A DNA stretch of 64,000 nt, from contig OZ244252.1 of the NCBI GenBank assembly GCA_965217185.1, positions 3,168,001-3,232,000 on the forward strand. The letters are read 5' to 3'. This stretch comes from an uncultured Candidatus Entotheonella sp. (GTDB lineage Bacteria > Tectomicrobia > Entotheonellia > Entotheonellales > Entotheonellaceae). This document shows positions 10,499 through 20,988 of this stretch, in pieces. The translations under genes were made by a program, and so were the position numbers. The notes under the pieces were generated by a model. It did not search any database and had not been told where the DNA came from. It saw nothing but the letters and a program-made list of their open reading frames with translations. Every line of letters starts with the position of its first letter. The stretch's first letter is position 1.

Positions 10499-10921
10499 TC
10501 AACGCCCCCGCCCGCGAATGCGCGTCCAGATCGTGATCAGAAACATCCACCCCGCCGCCACCTGCAGCACCGCCGAGCACACCAGCAGCCATCCCAGGCC
10601 CGGCTGTGGCCGCATGCCGTGCCAAGGCTCGACGACCACCCGCAGCAGCAAGCCGACGTTCAGGGCCGCGTATGTGAACCATGCCAGCGCCGGGTAACGG
10701 TGCGGCTGTCCCTTGGCGAAGGGCGGGAACATCCAGTAGGCGACGCCGAAAATGAGCTGCATGAGCCAGCCGACGAGCAGCATGTGCCAGTAAACCGGCT
10801 GCAACACCAGTGGCGCGCTCCACTGTAGGCCCACTGCGATAAGCAGGTAGCCGCCGAGGCAGGAACTGGCAACGAAGTAAAGGATGGCCGTTTTGAGGAA
10901 GTAGCGGGTTAGGACGGGCAT
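10499..10921 (-). CDS. Four-helix membrane protein with a heme-copper-oxidase-subunit-I-like HxxxxGW motif
   Basis: WHMLLVGWLMQLIFGVAYWMFP; ATG 10921 preceded by AGGAGA. Confidence 0.7.
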   Translation of the reverse strand: MPVLTRYFLKTAILYFVASSCLGGYLLIAVGLQWSAPLVLQPVYWHMLLVGWLMQLIFGVAYWMFPPFAKGQPHRYPALAWFTYAALNVGLLLRVVVEPWHGMRPQPGLGWLLVCSAVLQVAAGWMFLITIWTRIRGRGR

Positions 10922-11029
10922 GGGTTGCTCTCCTGCAGAGCGGCGGTTGAGCCGAGGTCGGGCGGTTGACACCTTCTCTGGGGCGATGGTACGCTCGCCG
11001 CCGTTTTCGGACCCGCATCAGGATAGGAG

Positions 11030-11818
11030 ATGGACGTGATCACGACTCGAGACAAAGCCGCGAACCGGAAAAAGCCCCAACAGAGCCGCACGTGGCTGTT
11101 GTGCCTCGCCGCGCTGTTGCTGACGCTCTGTGGCAGCGCTTGGTCGCAGCCCGCCGCAGTCGTGTTTGCGGACGTGGCCGAACAGCTTGCTCGCTACTTT
11201 CCCAAAGTGACCGGAGAGGTGGTCAAGGTAGAAGACGGTGACATCTACCTGAGTCTCGGCGCCCGCGATGATATCTTATCCGGAACGCAACTGACCCTGC
11301 TCCGTTCGCGGGAAGCTGTGTTCACAACCGATGGCGAGCAGGCGATCAACCGGCTGGAAGAGGCCATCGGCTACGTCATCGTCGAGCAGGTCTTCGAGGG
11401 ATACGCGCTGGCGAAATTGCTGGCGTCGCCCGGTACCGAGGCGCAGCGCGGTGACAAAGTCCGCGTTACCTCGGGGCCGGTGATCTTGGGGGTTCTGCCC
11501 GTTGTCAACGAGATGCCGCAGCCGCTCCCGCACGGGCGTTGGACGACGGCACTGCAATCGGCTCTTGAGGCCAATGGGCGCTTTCGCGTCGTCACCGCCA
11601 ACCGCATTCTCCTGTGGTCCCTTGAGCACGATACCCCCCTGGAAAACGGCGTGTCGCCGGATCTCCTGCGGCAGATGGCGCAATCCCTGCGCTTCACCTA
11701 CGCGGTGGTGGCGCTGGTCAAAGACGTTGGCGGCGAGCCGGTTCTCGACGTCGCCCTCCTGTCTCCTCAACTGCAGCGCCTCGTCGCTTCGGGTTCCGCC
11801 TTCCTGCCGACTCCATAA
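11030..11818 (+). CDS. Exported hypothetical protein (FlgT C-terminal-like beta domain)
   Basis: RBS AGGAG, signal peptide, GEVVKVEDGDIYLSLG…GDKVRV segment. Confidence 0.6.
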   Translation: MDVITTRDKAANRKKPQQSRTWLLCLAALLLTLCGSAWSQPAAVVFADVAEQLARYFPKVTGEVVKVEDGDIYLSLGARDDILSGTQLTLLRSREAVFTTDGEQAINRLEEAIGYVIVEQVFEGYALAKLLASPGTEAQRGDKVRVTSGPVILGVLPVVNEMPQPLPHGRWTTALQSALEANGRFRVVTANRILLWSLEHDTPLENGVSPDLLRQMAQSLRFTYAVVALVKDVGGEPVLDVALLSPQLQRLVASGSAFLPTP

Positions 11819-11832
11819 ACCGCCGTCCCGCT

Positions 11833-12699
11833 TCAGTCCGACGGCACGAATCCGTCACCGTTCCACACGAACGACGCGGCGATTAGCTGGCCATCCTGCC
11901 GGGCATGGATGACGATTCGCGGGACCCCTTGCGGTTGCGCGTCGACGCTGATTTCTTCAAATGTGCCGTCGGAGACCACTGACCCGGTCACCGCGTCCGC
12001 CACCAGCGGGTACGCCTTGCCCGCGGCCACGACCACGCCGACGTGCCGGTTCTCCCCCTTCTCATAGACGAACAGCAGATCGTCCGGTTTTCCCGTGCCG
12101 CGGGCGTCTGCGTAGCGCAGCACCGAGAGCGTATCCTCCATTTGGAAGGCATGCGACGAATTGTCCGCCGCGCCAAGCGCTACCACGGGCATCCCCAAAT
12201 CGGCAGCTTTGGTCACGTATTCGTTGCTCAGCGCCATGGCCTCAACTGGGTCCTCGGCGACCTGCGCCTGACGCCAGTAGATCAATCCCAGCAGGAAAGC
12301 TGCCGACGGGCTGTCCGGCTGCATCACCAGCGCCTGTTGCGCGCTTCTCTCGGCGCGCTGCAACGGCGTTGCCTGCCACAGGAACGGAAAGACGCGCCGC
12401 GGTGTCTGCATCATCAGGTAGCTCTGCGCCGCGCCCAGCAACGCTTGTACCTGCGTGTCACGGCCAAACCACCGGTAGCCGGACTTGAACGCCTCAACGG
12501 CCTCGGACAGCAGGTCCTCTTTTTCCTCCCCCACCGGCGTCAGGCGCGCCGCCGTCAGCAGGGCGTGCCCACGCGCAATCTCCAGGGCGGCCGTTGGAGA
12601 GACGTCCGCCGCCACTACCGCCGTATAGCCGAAGACGAGCAGGGCTGCTACAATCACCCTCGTGATGCGCTCCATCATTCCCAACTCCCCGCGGGCCAT
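11833..12699 (-). CDS. Exported hypothetical protein with TPR-like helices
   Basis: 288-aa ORF divergent from rnd, with a signal peptide and a helical AAFLLGLIYW segment. Start may be a few codons downstream. Confidence 0.6.
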   Translation of the reverse strand: MARGELGMMERITRVIVAALLVFGYTAVVAADVSPTAALEIARGHALLTAARLTPVGEEKEDLLSEAVEAFKSGYRWFGRDTQVQALLGAAQSYLMMQTPRRVFPFLWQATPLQRAERSAQQALVMQPDSPSAAFLLGLIYWRQAQVAEDPVEAMALSNEYVTKAADLGMPVVALGAADNSSHAFQMEDTLSVLRYADARGTGKPDDLLFVYEKGENRHVGVVVAAGKAYPLVADAVTGSVVSDGTFEEISVDAQPQGVPRIVIHARQDGQLIAASFVWNGDGFVPSD

Positions 12700-12744
12700 T
12701 CCCCGGTACCCAGCATCTCATGCCCTCACAATAGAAAGCGTTCT

Positions 12745-13923
12745 ATGTACATCGAAACCTCAGAGCCATTGCGCCGCCTCTGTGCGCAAGCGCGAACCGA
12801 AGGACGATTGGCGATCGACCTCGAATTCATCCGAGAAAATACCTACGCCCCGCAACTGGCGCTGATCCAGATCGCCGTCAGCGACACCTGCGCCATCGTC
12901 GATCCGCTGACGGTGGACGATTTGGCACCCCTGGTCGAGGTGCTGACGGGCACCGACGTCCTCAAGGTGCTGCACGCCGCCGGCCAGGACGTCGAGGTAT
13001 TGCATTGGCATACCGGCAAGCTCGCCGGGCCGATATTCGACACCCAGATCGCTGCCTCCATGGCTGGGCTCGGCGAACAATTGTCATACGGCCGGCTGGT
13101 GGACGCTCTGCTGGGGGTGTCGCTGACAAAAGGCGAGAGCTATTCTGACTGGCTGCGCCGCCCGCTGCTGCCATCGCAGACCAAGTATGCGCTGGACGAC
13201 GTGCGCTATCTGTTACCGATGCACGACCGGCTCAGCAAGCGCCTCGATGCCATGGGCCGGGCCGCATGGGCCGCCGCCGAGTGCCGCAAATTTACCGATC
13301 CCGCCCTGTACGAACGCGATCCGCGCACCCTCTACCGCCGCATTCGCAACGGCAAAAACCTGTCGTCGCAGGGGCTGGCCATTCTGCGCGAACTGGCGGC
13401 ATGGCGCGATGACGAAGCGCGACAACGCAATCGCCCGCACGGGCGCGTTCTCAGCAACGAAATCCTGGTCGACCTGGCGCGCCGGGCGCCCCAGACGCGC
13501 GACGATTTACAACGCTTGCGTGGCCTGCCGCAGCGCGAATTGGAACGCTCGACAGACGCCCTCCTGACGGTGGTGCAACGTGGGCTGGAGGTGCCTGAAG
13601 CGGATCAGCCACAGTCGGAAAACCGAGACCACCGCCTGACACCATCCGAGGAACTAACCGTGAAGTTCCTTGACGCCAGCCTCAAAGCCCTGTGCCAGCG
13701 TGAGAAACTCCCCGCCTCATTCATCGCCAACCGCAACGATCTCGAAACACTGGTGCGGCGTTATCGCAAGGACCGACTCCCCACCGAGGGCAGCCCGGTG
13801 TTGGAAGGATGGCGTGGCGAGATGGTGGGCCGGGAGTTGCTGGCCGTTCTCGAAGGGCGCCTCAGCCTCCACCTGCATCCCAAAACCGGCAAGGTCACGT
13901 TCACCGCCCGGCATTGCCGCTAG
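12745..13923 (+). CDS. rnd: Ribonuclease D
   Basis: DEDD exonuclease motifs AIDLEF, HAAGQD, FDTQIAA, YALDDV; HRDC domain (LAAWRDDEARQRNRP). Confidence 0.92.
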   Translation: MYIETSEPLRRLCAQARTEGRLAIDLEFIRENTYAPQLALIQIAVSDTCAIVDPLTVDDLAPLVEVLTGTDVLKVLHAAGQDVEVLHWHTGKLAGPIFDTQIAASMAGLGEQLSYGRLVDALLGVSLTKGESYSDWLRRPLLPSQTKYALDDVRYLLPMHDRLSKRLDAMGRAAWAAAECRKFTDPALYERDPRTLYRRIRNGKNLSSQGLAILRELAAWRDDEARQRNRPHGRVLSNEILVDLARRAPQTRDDLQRLRGLPQRELERSTDALLTVVQRGLEVPEADQPQSENRDHRLTPSEELTVKFLDASLKALCQREKLPASFIANRNDLETLVRRYRKDRLPTEGSPVLEGWRGEMVGRELLAVLEGRLSLHLHPKTGKVTFTARHCR

Positions 13924-13968
13924 GGCGGGCGGGACAAGACTTGCCAGCCAAGGACGATCAAACCTGCT

Positions 13969-14736
13969 TCAGATGTTTGACCGCGACTGGCAGCCGTCCA
14001 CGTTGATGCAGGCGCCGGTCATCAGCGACCCCCGCTGCGAGGCGAGAAACACCACCATCGCCGCCACCTCTTCCGGGTGGCCAAAGCGCCCCAAGGGCAT
14101 TTCGGTGCGCACGAAATTAGCGATGAACTCCGGGTTGTCCTGCTGCCGCCGCTCCCACGAACCGCCGGGAAACAGAATGGAGCCCGGCGCCACCACGTTG
14201 ACCAGAATCCCGTCCGGAGCCAACTGCTTGGCCAGCGATTTCGACCAACTGTTCATGCCCGCCTTGACCACGTTGTAGGTCATGGGCCCACCCGCTTCCC
14301 GCCCATAAATCGACGAGATGTTGATGATGCGCCCGCCGCCGCGCTGATGCATGATCGGAATCGCCTGCCGCGAGGCGCGGATGGCCGCGAACAGGTTCAG
14401 GTCCAGCGCCAGGTTCCAGTCGTCGTCGCTGGTGTCCCACGTCTGGCCGCCCCGCGAGCCGCCCACGTTGTTGATCAGAATGTCGATGCCGCCGAACGAC
14501 GTCGCGGCGCCGTCGATGACGCGCTCGATGTCTGCCGGTTGCGTCATGTCCGCTTGCACGCCCAGAACTTCGGCATGCTGTGCGGCCTCCTGCTCAGTCT
14601 GCCGCAGCGCCTTCTCGCCGCGCGCCGAAAAGGCAACCTTGCAACCCTCGCTTGCCAATTCCAGCACGATGGCCCTGCCAATGCCCTTGCTGCCGCCGGT
14701 GACCACGGCCACTTTGTCTCGTAAACCCAGATCCAT
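13969..14736 (-). CDS. SDR family oxidoreductase
   Basis: TGGSKGIG, NNVG, YNVVK (YxxxK), PLGRFG. Confidence 0.93.
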   Translation of the reverse strand: MDLGLRDKVAVVTGGSKGIGRAIVLELASEGCKVAFSARGEKALRQTEQEAAQHAEVLGVQADMTQPADIERVIDGAATSFGGIDILINNVGGSRGGQTWDTSDDDWNLALDLNLFAAIRASRQAIPIMHQRGGGRIINISSIYGREAGGPMTYNVVKAGMNSWSKSLAKQLAPDGILVNVVAPGSILFPGGSWERRQQDNPEFIANFVRTEMPLGRFGHPEEVAAMVVFLASQRGSLMTGACINVDGCQSRSNI

Positions 14737-14810
14737 GAACAAAACCCTTTCTTCAGGATGACGTGGAATGTCGGATTGCGCTGCGCCAATCCGACCTACA
14801 TGTGGAAACG

Positions 14811-16175
14811 TCAGGCGCCGACGAGCACGACGTACATGTCCATGACGTTGGTGCCGGTCGGCCCGGTAAGTAACAGATCGTCGAGTGCCTGGAAGAAATG
14901 ATAAGCGTCGTTGCGGTGCAGGAATGCCTCGGGCTGCAAACCGAGCGCTTCGGCGCGCGCCACCGTGCGGCCATCGACCAGTGCACCGCCGGCGTCGGTG
15001 GGGCCGTCGGTGCCGTCGGTGCCACCGCTCAGCACGACAGTGGCGTCCAATCCGGCGATGTGCAGCGCGGCGGCGAGGGCGAATTCCTGACTGCGCCCGC
15101 CCTTGCCGTTGCCGCGCACGGTGACCGTCGTTTCGCCGCCGGAAATGATACAGGCGGGCGGCGAGATCGGCTGACCGCTCTGGCAGATTTCCTGGGCAAT
15201 GGCGGCGTGCATGCGGGCGACGTGGCGCGCCTCGCCCTCAAGGGTTGACGAAAGCAACAGGGTCGTGTACCCGCGCGCCTCGGCGGCCTCGCGGGCGGCG
15301 CGCAGGGCAAGACGGTTGTTCGCCACGACCACCGTCTGCCCCAGTTCAAAGACAGGATCACCGGCCTCGGGCGTTTCGGGCACGCTCCCCGCCAATCCCT
15401 GTTGCAAATGGGCGTGAACGCTGTCCGGCAAGCGGTCGAGCAGGTCGTAGCGCGTCAGGATGTTCAGGCAGTCCCGGAACGTCGTCGGGTCGGGCACCGT
15501 CGGCCCGGAAGCGATGGCGTCGAGGCGGTCGCCCACAACGTCGGACAGCACCAGGGTGATCAGCCGTGCCGGGGCGGCCAACCGCGCCAGTTGGCCGCCC
15601 TTGACGGCGGACAGGTGTTTGCGGATCACGTTGATTTCGTCGATGCGCGCGCCGCAGTCGATGAGCAGGCCGGTCATGCGCTGCTTTTCGGCCAACGAAA
15701 TACCGCCGCTCGGAGCCGGCCACAACGCCGAACCGCCGCCCGACAACAGGCAGAACACCAAGTCGTCGTCGGCCGCCTGCCGCACCAGTTCCATAGCGGC
15801 GTTGGCGCCCTGCACCCCGGCGGCGTCCGGGATCGGGTGGGCCGCCTCGTAGAGCGTCACCCGCTCCACGGGCGCGACGTGCTCGTACTTGACCGTCACC
15901 GCCCCGGCGCTGATCCGATCGCCCAGAATCGCCTCCAGACCCTGCGCCATGACGGCGCTTCCCTTGCCGGTGCCGACAACGTAAATATGTGCAAAACGTT
16001 GCAGGTCGTAGGCCACGCCGTCCACTATCAGCGTGTCGCCGCGGCGCACAACGGTGCGTTGCACGGCAACCATGGGGTCCACGGCAGCCACGCCGGCAGC
16101 AAAAATGGCCCGGCTGTCGTCGCGTAACCGGGCCAGGGAGGACTTTGAGGACTCGCTGGGTGAATCAAGTGGCAT
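14811..16175 (-). CDS. Glycerate kinase (MOFRL/TtuD family)
   Basis: SGGGSAL, SDVVGD, SGGETTV, GTDGTDG, TGTNVMD. Confidence 0.92.
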   Translation of the reverse strand: MPLDSPSESSKSSLARLRDDSRAIFAAGVAAVDPMVAVQRTVVRRGDTLIVDGVAYDLQRFAHIYVVGTGKGSAVMAQGLEAILGDRISAGAVTVKYEHVAPVERVTLYEAAHPIPDAAGVQGANAAMELVRQAADDDLVFCLLSGGGSALWPAPSGGISLAEKQRMTGLLIDCGARIDEINVIRKHLSAVKGGQLARLAAPARLITLVLSDVVGDRLDAIASGPTVPDPTTFRDCLNILTRYDLLDRLPDSVHAHLQQGLAGSVPETPEAGDPVFELGQTVVVANNRLALRAAREAAEARGYTTLLLSSTLEGEARHVARMHAAIAQEICQSGQPISPPACIISGGETTVTVRGNGKGGRSQEFALAAALHIAGLDATVVLSGGTDGTDGPTDAGGALVDGRTVARAEALGLQPEAFLHRNDAYHFFQALDDLLLTGPTGTNVMDMYVVLVGA

Positions 16176-18420
16176 GCGGTTCTCCGACTTGCGGGCCGAA
16201 AAAGATGGTTTCCATGGCATCGAGACACTGCCGGCGCTGCAACCCTTCCGCGCTCGTCATCCCCTCCACCTGCTGCCGCTCGGCGTGCAGGTAGGCCGCC
16301 GCCGCGTCGCCCACCAAGCCGCGGGCGTCTTTACCGTATGGCGCAAGCTGGTCGTCCACCCAATGCGATACCGCCTCCGGCGTGTCTTCGCCCTGTGTGC
16401 AGGCAAGAGCTCGCCCTTCGAAACCCGGTACGAAGCGCTCAACGAAATCGAGCCGCTTGTCGAGCGGCACCAAGGCAGAGATGCGCAGCGCGTAATCCGG
16501 CAGATCAACGCCGATGGTTGCCAGCATCTGGCGGGTAAAGTCGTCGGCCAGGCGCTGCGCCAGAGAGTCAGTATCCGCCTTCTGGCGCGCCAACTCCTCG
16601 TTCGAGGCCTCGATGCCCAGGGGCGGCGCCGGGACTTCCAGATACAGCTTGTTCTTGGGCTCGGTGCCGGAGGGTCGGATGATGACGCGCGCGCCGTTGG
16701 CCAACTGATACGCCAACACATCACGGGCCGCGCGGTCGGTTTCGGACAGCAGTGGGCCGTGCACGCCGGCCTCGTCCCAGTGATCAACTGCCCGCGTCAC
16801 CTCCCAGCCGGCGATTTCCGTGGGCGGGCTGTGGCGCAGGGTGTCCTGGATTTGCTGAATGCGGCTGGCGCCTTCCGCCCCGCTCATCACCATCGAGGCG
16901 CCGAGGTTGGCGAAATAGCCGTAGCGCTTGTAGATGTCGTCCAGGTAATCGAGCAGCACCCGCCCCTGTTGGCGCTGCCAAGCCGCCAGTTCAGCCAGCA
17001 GCAGGGCGGCGCCAGCGGCGTCTTTGTCGCGCATTTCCGGGGTCACCAGGATGCCGTGGCTCTCCTCGACGGCGATGATGAAGTCGTCCAGCGAGGCGGT
17101 CACGGCGCCGTATCGCTGCCGCTGTTCGATTTGGTGCAACACGTTGGCGTGGTACTTGAGGCCGACCAGCAGGTCGCCGACCAGCGTGCCGCCAAAGTGG
17201 GTGGTAATGGGCCGCAGGAGTTCGGTGGTCACCTCGGTCTTGATGACCAGCGGCCGCGCCGAGAGGCGTCCGAGGCGCTGCAACTGTTCCAGCTTGTAGT
17301 GGGTCACGAGGACAGCGATTTCGTTGCCGGTGAGGAAGCGGTAGGCGCCATCCGGGGTGCGCGAGCAGACGCCAATCCGGTCGGCATCGGGATCGCAGGC
17401 CAGCACCGCGTCGGCGCCCACTTTCTCAGCCAACGCCATGCCCATCGCCATGGCCTGCGGCACTTCCGGGTTCGGAGCGCGAAACGGTACCGCCGGGAAA
17501 GCGCCGTCCGGCGTCGCCTGCTCGTCTACCATGACAACCTCAAACCCCGCCCGCCGCAACACCGTGCCGACCGTGCTGTCAGCCGTGCCGTGCAGCGGCG
17601 TGAATACGATCTTGGCGCGCCGCGCCGCCGGTTGCAGCGACTGCGCCACGTTCAGCGCCACGTACGCCTCGTGCACCCGCGGCGGCACCGGCGACAGCAG
17701 CCCGCTGCCCTTGGCGGCGGCGAAATCCAGCGCCTCGACCCGTGTGATGTCCGCCACCTTGTTGGCCATCGTCTCGTCGTCCGGCGGCACGTCCTGCGCT
17801 CCCTGGGCGTTGTAAAACTTGCCGCCGTTGTCATCGGGATGGTTGTGCGAAGCGGAGATATTGAGCCCGGCGCTGGCGGCGAGGGCACGGATAGTATAGG
17901 ACAATTCAGGCGTCGAGATATACGTCTCGGCATCTTCCGGCAGCATGTGCACGGCGATTCCATGCGCCGCGTACACGCCCGCCGCCAAACGCGCGAAGTC
18001 ACGTGACGTCATGCCGAGCAGCGGGTTGGGCAGATTCGGGTTGTACAGTCCGCGCAAGTCCTGAAAGACCCGCACGTCATAGGCGATGACCACCGAGAGT
18101 GAGGCCCCGGGGTGGCGCTCCTGAAGGTAGACGACATGCCCCTGCGCGGACGATGCCAGGGTCCACGGATTGAAGCGATTCGGGCCGATGCCGACCGGCC
18201 CGCGGCGCCCGCCGGTGCCAAAGGGCAACACGCGATAAAAGCCGTCCAGCAAGAGTGACCAACGTTCCGCATCGATCAGCCAGTACAGTTGCGCACGGTA
18301 CGGCGCCAAGGCGTCCTCGGTGAGCCAATAGGCCAGTGCACGCAGGGCGTTCTGCTTGAGCGATTCGGCCACCTGCAAGCCCGCAAAACCCCGTTCGGCG
18401 CGGCGCTGGAAGTCGTTCAT
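16165..18420 (-). CDS. Phospho-sugar mutase (phosphoglucomutase/phosphomannomutase family)
   Basis: FGTGGRRG, catalytic SASHN, metal loop DPDADR, RPSGTEPK; ATG 18420 preceded by GGAGAGGGG. Confidence 0.92.
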   Translation of the reverse strand: MNDFQRRAERGFAGLQVAESLKQNALRALAYWLTEDALAPYRAQLYWLIDAERWSLLLDGFYRVLPFGTGGRRGPVGIGPNRFNPWTLASSAQGHVVYLQERHPGASLSVVIAYDVRVFQDLRGLYNPNLPNPLLGMTSRDFARLAAGVYAAHGIAVHMLPEDAETYISTPELSYTIRALAASAGLNISASHNHPDDNGGKFYNAQGAQDVPPDDETMANKVADITRVEALDFAAAKGSGLLSPVPPRVHEAYVALNVAQSLQPAARRAKIVFTPLHGTADSTVGTVLRRAGFEVVMVDEQATPDGAFPAVPFRAPNPEVPQAMAMGMALAEKVGADAVLACDPDADRIGVCSRTPDGAYRFLTGNEIAVLVTHYKLEQLQRLGRLSARPLVIKTEVTTELLRPITTHFGGTLVGDLLVGLKYHANVLHQIEQRQRYGAVTASLDDFIIAVEESHGILVTPEMRDKDAAGAALLLAELAAWQRQQGRVLLDYLDDIYKRYGYFANLGASMVMSGAEGASRIQQIQDTLRHSPPTEIAGWEVTRAVDHWDEAGVHGPLLSETDRAARDVLAYQLANGARVIIRPSGTEPKNKLYLEVPAPPLGIEASNEELARQKADTDSLAQRLADDFTRQMLATIGVDLPDYALRISALVPLDKRLDFVERFVPGFEGRALACTQGEDTPEAVSHWVDDQLAPYGKDARGLVGDAAAAYLHAERQQVEGMTSAEGLQRRQCLDAMETIFFGPQVGEPHAT

Positions 18421-18620
18421 ATTGCCCCTCTCCATGTTGAATTTCCTACCCTTGGCGGAGCGGCGATTGTTGCAAACGACTCTCTGCGTGTCAATTTTAC
18501 CAGTCCCTCGACGAACGCTAACCCTTTTGCTATGATCTGCGCTCATCACTCCAAAATGAATTTCCGCTGGACCTTTAGACCAGCGCTCTGATTCCTTCAG
18601 GGATAGGAAAATCATAAGAC

Positions 18621-20021
18621 ATGCGTCGCGTGATATTTTGTCAGGAGCAGATGTTTCTGGCGCAGGGGTGCCTTGCGCTTTCAGACGACGATACGGTGCT
18701 TTACGTGGTGGATGACAAAGCTTTCGAAGGCCGCCTTGCTGAGGCGGGATACGACGCGCTGTGCGGTGACTTTCGCGATCCGCACATTTATAAAAACGCC
18801 CACATCAGACAGGACGATCAAATCCTCGTGCAGGTGCAGGACGAGGCGTTGATAGGGGACATTGTCGACAACTTATGCCGCATTGCCAAACCCCCGTCGG
18901 TGGCCGTAGTTACGGCCAACGGCGCCTCCCCCACCCTGCCCCCCAGCGTCAAGCACATCTCGGTCGGACGCCTCCTCTGCCAAGACTCCCAACTCAAACT
19001 GCAGCACGCTCGTGAGCACCAAAACGTGCAGCACTTGCGGGAAGCCCTGTGCGAGGCCGACAACCTGCTGATTCTCATCCAGCACGACCCGGACCCCGAT
19101 GCCATCGCCAGCGCCATGGCCCTGCGCACCCTTCTCGGACGCAACCGCAAGACCGCCGCTATTGGCTCCTTTGGCAAGGTGACGCGGCCCGAAAACGTCG
19201 CCATGGTGCAGTTGCTCAACGTCAAGATCGAACACGTCACCGCCAAATCACTCAGCAAGTACGACGCCATCGCCATGGTAGACGTGCAGCCGACGTACTT
19301 CGGCGACATTGTTCTGCCGCGTGTCGATGTCGTGGTCGATCACCATCCGTGCGTGGGCAACTACGCCACCCGCTATCGCGACGTGCGAGCGGCCTTTGGC
19401 GCCACCGCAACCATCTTCGTGCGCTACCTGCAAGCGGTCGAGGCCAAAATTACCCAGCGCCTGGCCACAGCCCTGTATTACGGCATCAAGACCGACACCC
19501 TTTTCCTCGGACGCGAGACCACCAAGGCTGATATCGAGGCGTTCGCCCACCTGTATCCGCTTGCCAATCACGCCCTCATCCGCCGCATGCAACGGCCTAA
19601 ATTGCCGCTGCGCGATCTCGATGCCTTCGCCTATGCGCTGCGCAGCCGCGCGGTCATCGGCCCTGTCTTTTTCACGCACCTCGGCATCGTCGAACGCGAG
19701 GACGTTCTGCCGCAGTTTGCCGAGTTTTGCTTGCACGTGGGTGGGGTGGAGTGGTCCGTGGTGTCCGGCATTTTCGCCGGTAATCTGATCGTCTCGGTGC
19801 GCAACGTGGAAAACGTCAAAAGCGCCGGCGAATTGGTGCGCCACGCCTTCGGGCATCTCGGCAGCGCCGGCGGCCACCGCTCCATGGCCAAAGCCGTCAT
19901 CCCCCTGGCCAACCTGGAACAGGCCTTCGGCCGCCTCAGCGACGTCGAGCTCAGCCAGTTCATCCAGCAGCAGGTCTCGCAACACCTTGGTGTCGCAACC
20001 CCCACCGCCGTTTTCGCTTGA
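18621..20021 (+). CDS. DHH-family phosphoesterase with an N-terminal TrkA-N-like domain
   Basis: HDPDPDA, VDHHP, GIKTDT, SAGGH motifs. Confidence 0.85.
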   Translation: MRRVIFCQEQMFLAQGCLALSDDDTVLYVVDDKAFEGRLAEAGYDALCGDFRDPHIYKNAHIRQDDQILVQVQDEALIGDIVDNLCRIAKPPSVAVVTANGASPTLPPSVKHISVGRLLCQDSQLKLQHAREHQNVQHLREALCEADNLLILIQHDPDPDAIASAMALRTLLGRNRKTAAIGSFGKVTRPENVAMVQLLNVKIEHVTAKSLSKYDAIAMVDVQPTYFGDIVLPRVDVVVDHHPCVGNYATRYRDVRAAFGATATIFVRYLQAVEAKITQRLATALYYGIKTDTLFLGRETTKADIEAFAHLYPLANHALIRRMQRPKLPLRDLDAFAYALRSRAVIGPVFFTHLGIVEREDVLPQFAEFCLHVGGVEWSVVSGIFAGNLIVSVRNVENVKSAGELVRHAFGHLGSAGGHRSMAKAVIPLANLEQAFGRLSDVELSQFIQQQVSQHLGVATPTAVFA

Positions 20022-20034
20022 AACGCGGCCCGAC

Positions 20035-20971
20035 CTATTCCGGTATTGCCCGCAACAACGCCTTGACGACTGCCGCCGAATTGCCCGCCGCCAAGCCCAG
20101 AAAAACCTCGATCTCGTTCTCGCCTTGTCCGCCGCCCGCCAGGTCGGACAGGCTGCGGACGGCGATGAACGGCACGTTGTTCGCATAGGCCACGTGCGCC
20201 ACGGCGGCACTTTCCATGTCCAACACGCGGGCGCCAAACGTCTTGAACGTGTACTCGCGAAACGCCGCGTTGTCGATAAAGGCGCCCCCCGACACTCCGG
20301 GGCCGCCGATGACGATCTCGGGCGTCCGTTGCAAACAGGTGCCGTCCACCGGGCAACGATCGAGCACGACATCGGCCACCGCGGTGCGGGCATGGGCCAG
20401 CAATGCCTCGTCCACCGGAAACCAGAAACGCGTCTCGGGCGCATTGGCGTTGGCCTGCTGCACGGTGACTGAGCGCGGGAACATCATGCCGAAATTGGCG
20501 AACGGGTAGTCGAAGAACGGTGGCTTGGCCCACCCGCCCTCGATCTCCCGAGCAAAGAGCGCCTCAAGATACTGCCCCCAACGGGTCGGCGATCACCACG
20601 TCGCCGATGTGCAACGCCGGATCAACGCCGCCCGCAATGCCCGAGAAAACGATCCGGTCGATCGTGAAGTGGTCCAAGGCCAACTGCACCGTCATCGCCG
20701 CGTTGACGACGCTGATACCGCTCAGGAACAGCACGACGTTTTGTCCTTCCAGAGCCCCGGCGACAAATTCGACGCCGTTGATCGAATGCACCCTGGCGCT
20801 GTCCAGCTCTCCTCTCAGCACCGTCATCTCCGGCGCAAAGGCGGACACCACGGCGATCCGGCGGACATCATCCTGCCTATCGTGCGCCACCGCCGGTAGC
20901 GCCCAACCGGCTAATACCAACGCCACAATGACCAAGCCGACGGTCAGCGCCCGCACCCTCCATTCCGTCAT
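20035..20971 (-). pseudogene. MTA/SAH nucleosidase-like (PNP_UDP_1) protein with signal peptide; frameshifted near 20584
   Basis: 5' part has SGISVVNAA, FSGIAGG, IGDVVI; 3' part has LDMESAAVAHVA, VRSLSDLAG. Removing one C from GACCCGT restores D-R-W-G-Q-Y-L-E and joins the two ORFs. Confidence 0.8.
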
Positions 20972-20988
20972 TGTCGCCTCCTTTTGCA

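Noticed and set aside
16033..18006. Long antisense ORFs (e.g. 16033-18006, 21870-23327, 25604-27895, 39132-40571, 50761-52221)
   Set aside because: Shadow ORFs opposite well-supported genes, as expected in high-GC DNA.
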